From a bacterium (GTDB lineage: Bacteria; SAR324; NAC60-12): a DNA stretch of 64,000 nt. Location of the stretch: assembly GCA_965233585.1 (NCBI GenBank), contig CBDDTI010000745.1:512001-576000 (forward strand). The letters are read 5' to 3'. Shown one piece after another: positions 62,499 to 64,000 of this stretch. A program made the translations under genes and the position numbers. The stretch's first letter is position 1; each line of letters starts with the position of its first letter. The notes under the pieces were generated by a model, which saw nothing but the letters and a program-made list of their open reading frames with translations, ran no database searches and was not told the DNA's origin.

Positions 62499-64000
62499 AT
62501 GGAAAAGTATAATGAAATTGTCAAAGGTTCTTATGAACTGGCACAAACAGAAGCCTTGGAGAGAAAGCACACCGAACTGACAGAAGCTCACTTGTTTTTT
62601 GGGTTTTTGCTCAATCCACGCAGTGCAATAGCAAAGCATTTATCGGGTGAAAAGAAGGTCATCAAAGGTCTTTTAGAGCAACTTCCTACTGCCACTAAGC
62701 CTTTGCAAATTGACCAAATCAAACCTTCTGCCAGACTGCAACAATGGTTCACAGTGGCACATGCTGAGGCAGTCAAAGCAGGCAGGGTAGAAACCAACGA
62801 AGCAGACTTTGCAAGGACGTTGCAAAAGTTTTTTCCTCAAATCAGCGTGGAAGGATTAGAGGCAGAGTCTGACCAAGAAGTGCCAGATTTTTTGGTGAAT
62901 TTGAATGAGCTGGCTGATGAGGGAAAATTAGACCCTGTCATTGGACGTTCCACAGAGATTCAAAAAGTCATGGAGATTTTATGCAGGCGGACCAAAAATA
63001 ACCCTGTTTTGATAGGTTTGCCGGGTGTTGGTAAAACAGCGATTGTTGAAGGGTTGGCAGATTTGATTGTCAGGAGTAAAACCCCTGATGCCATACAAGG
63101 AAAAACCATTTATGCCATGAACATGGGAAGTTTGATGGCAAATACCAAATACAGAGGAGAGTTTGAAGAGAAGATAGAAGCCTTGCTTCAGTTTCTTAAA
63201 TCCAAACAACGTGACGCCATTTTGTTTATTGATGAAATTCATTTGTTAGTGGGGGCAGGCAAGACTGATGGTGCCATGGATGCGGCAAATTTGCTTAAAC
63301 CTGCTCTGGCTAGAGGAGAACTGAATTGTATTGGTGCAACCACTCTTGATGAGTATAAAAAGTTTATTGAATCTGATAGTGCCTTAGAAAGAAGGTTTCA
63401 TCAGGTCAAGGTTGACGAACCTACCAAAGAAGACAGTATCCAAATTTTGATGGGATTGAAGGAGAAGTTTGAAATCCATCACAGCATTGAGATTACAGAA
63501 GATGCTGTCGTTGCTGCAGTCTATTTTTCTGACCTCTACATCTCTGACAGATTTTTGCCAGATAAAGCGATTGATGTAATTGACGAATCTGCCGCAGGTC
63601 TCAAATTGAGTGCAGACTCTGTTCCCCCAAAACTTCAAGAGCTTGATGCTTTGATTCGTAGCAAGAAAGTTTTGCTAAATACACAGCATCAAAACAAGGC
63701 ATTGCAAGAGGAAATTCAATTGCTTGAACAAAGTTATCAAGAGCAAATGGAGGTTTGGAGTCAGAAAAACATGGAGCTGAGACGGGCATCTATGCTGAAG
63801 TCCCAACTGGACGAAGCCCAATTTCGTTATCAAAAAGCAGAATCGGAAGGCAACTATGAGCTGGCTTCCCAAATCATGTATGGTGAAATTCCTATCATTC
63901 AAAAGAAGATTGAGAGCATGGAGGTTTCTCACAAGCTGACGAGGGAACGTATTGCTGAAGTCATTGCCAGAAACACAGGCGTCCCCAAAGAACGTATTTT
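62499..64000 (+). CDS. clpB: Chaperone ClpB, N-terminal part (runs off window)
   Basis: Manual translation [10 protein letters not shown]...KLDPVIGR...[18 protein letters not shown]...[10 protein letters not shown], middle domain ending [23 protein letters not shown] upstream. Confidence 0.9.
   Translation, partial: MEKYNEIVKGSYELAQTEALERKHTELTEAHLFFGFLLNPRSAIAKHLSGEKKVIKGLLEQLPTATKPLQIDQIKPSARLQQWFTVAHAEAVKAGRVETNEADFARTLQKFFPQISVEGLEAESDQEVPDFLVNLNELADEGKLDPVIGRSTEIQKVMEILCRRTKNNPVLIGLPGVGKTAIVEGLADLIVRSKTPDAIQGKTIYAMNMGSLMANTKYRGEFEEKIEALLQFLKSKQRDAILFIDEIHLLVGAGKTDGAMDAANLLKPALARGELNCIGATTLDEYKKFIESDSALERRFHQVKVDEPTKEDSIQILMGLKEKFEIHHSIEITEDAVVAAVYFSDLYISDRFLPDKAIDVIDESAAGLKLSADSVPPKLQELDALIRSKKVLLNTQHQNKALQEEIQLLEQSYQEQMEVWSQKNMELRRASMLKSQLDEAQFRYQKAESEGNYELASQIMYGEIPIIQKKIESMEVSHKLTRERIAEVIARNTGVPKERI

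Noticed and set aside
62588..63932. Several minus-strand ORFs at the right end
   Set aside because: They are antisense shadows of clpB, which the ORF track missed because it runs off the window.

Overview
AT-rich bacterial chromosomal segment (spot counts about 35% GC in core genes), mostly housekeeping genes in a reshuffled order. Gene content is deltaproteobacteria-like (split atp operon, korAB, clpS-clpA); this is inference only. Left part: holA (partial), pilC-like, der, gyrB, frameshifted recF and dnaN (no adjacent dnaA or gyrA), then yciO/yrdC, ddl, the F0 mini-operon (gene1, atpI, atpB, atpE), coaBC, a diheme cytochrome c, wecA-like, lepA, a stand-alone FtsK-4TM gene, clpS, clpA and an acyl-CoA ligase. 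Middle: a low-GC sulfatase-like gene, korAB, an internally deleted IS1 element with an 8-bp target duplication, amtB-glnK, a DHH/FIST/lptE/mlaF operon, an outer-membrane gene, comEC, pal-tolQ-tolR-rlmN, mpl and dus. Right part: an outer-membrane beta-barrel gene, a PP2C/kinase/STAS partner-switching module, a duplicated PepSY protein, a higher-GC peptide-ABC/amidohydrolase/GATase block, a frameshifted RibD deaminase domain, a HelD-like helicase, hisG, a hisZ-like gene, tyrS and CIRCE-preceded clpB (partial). The most notable unannotated structures are (i) a ~425-bp tandem duplication that created a separately promoted 57-aa basic lipoprotein from the pal 5' end, (ii) a candidate ~70-nt sRNA with promoter, anti-SD motif and strand-specific terminator, (iii) a tandem-hairpin 5' leader before the beta-barrel gene, and (iv) an atypical HisG plus degenerate HisS-paralog pair.
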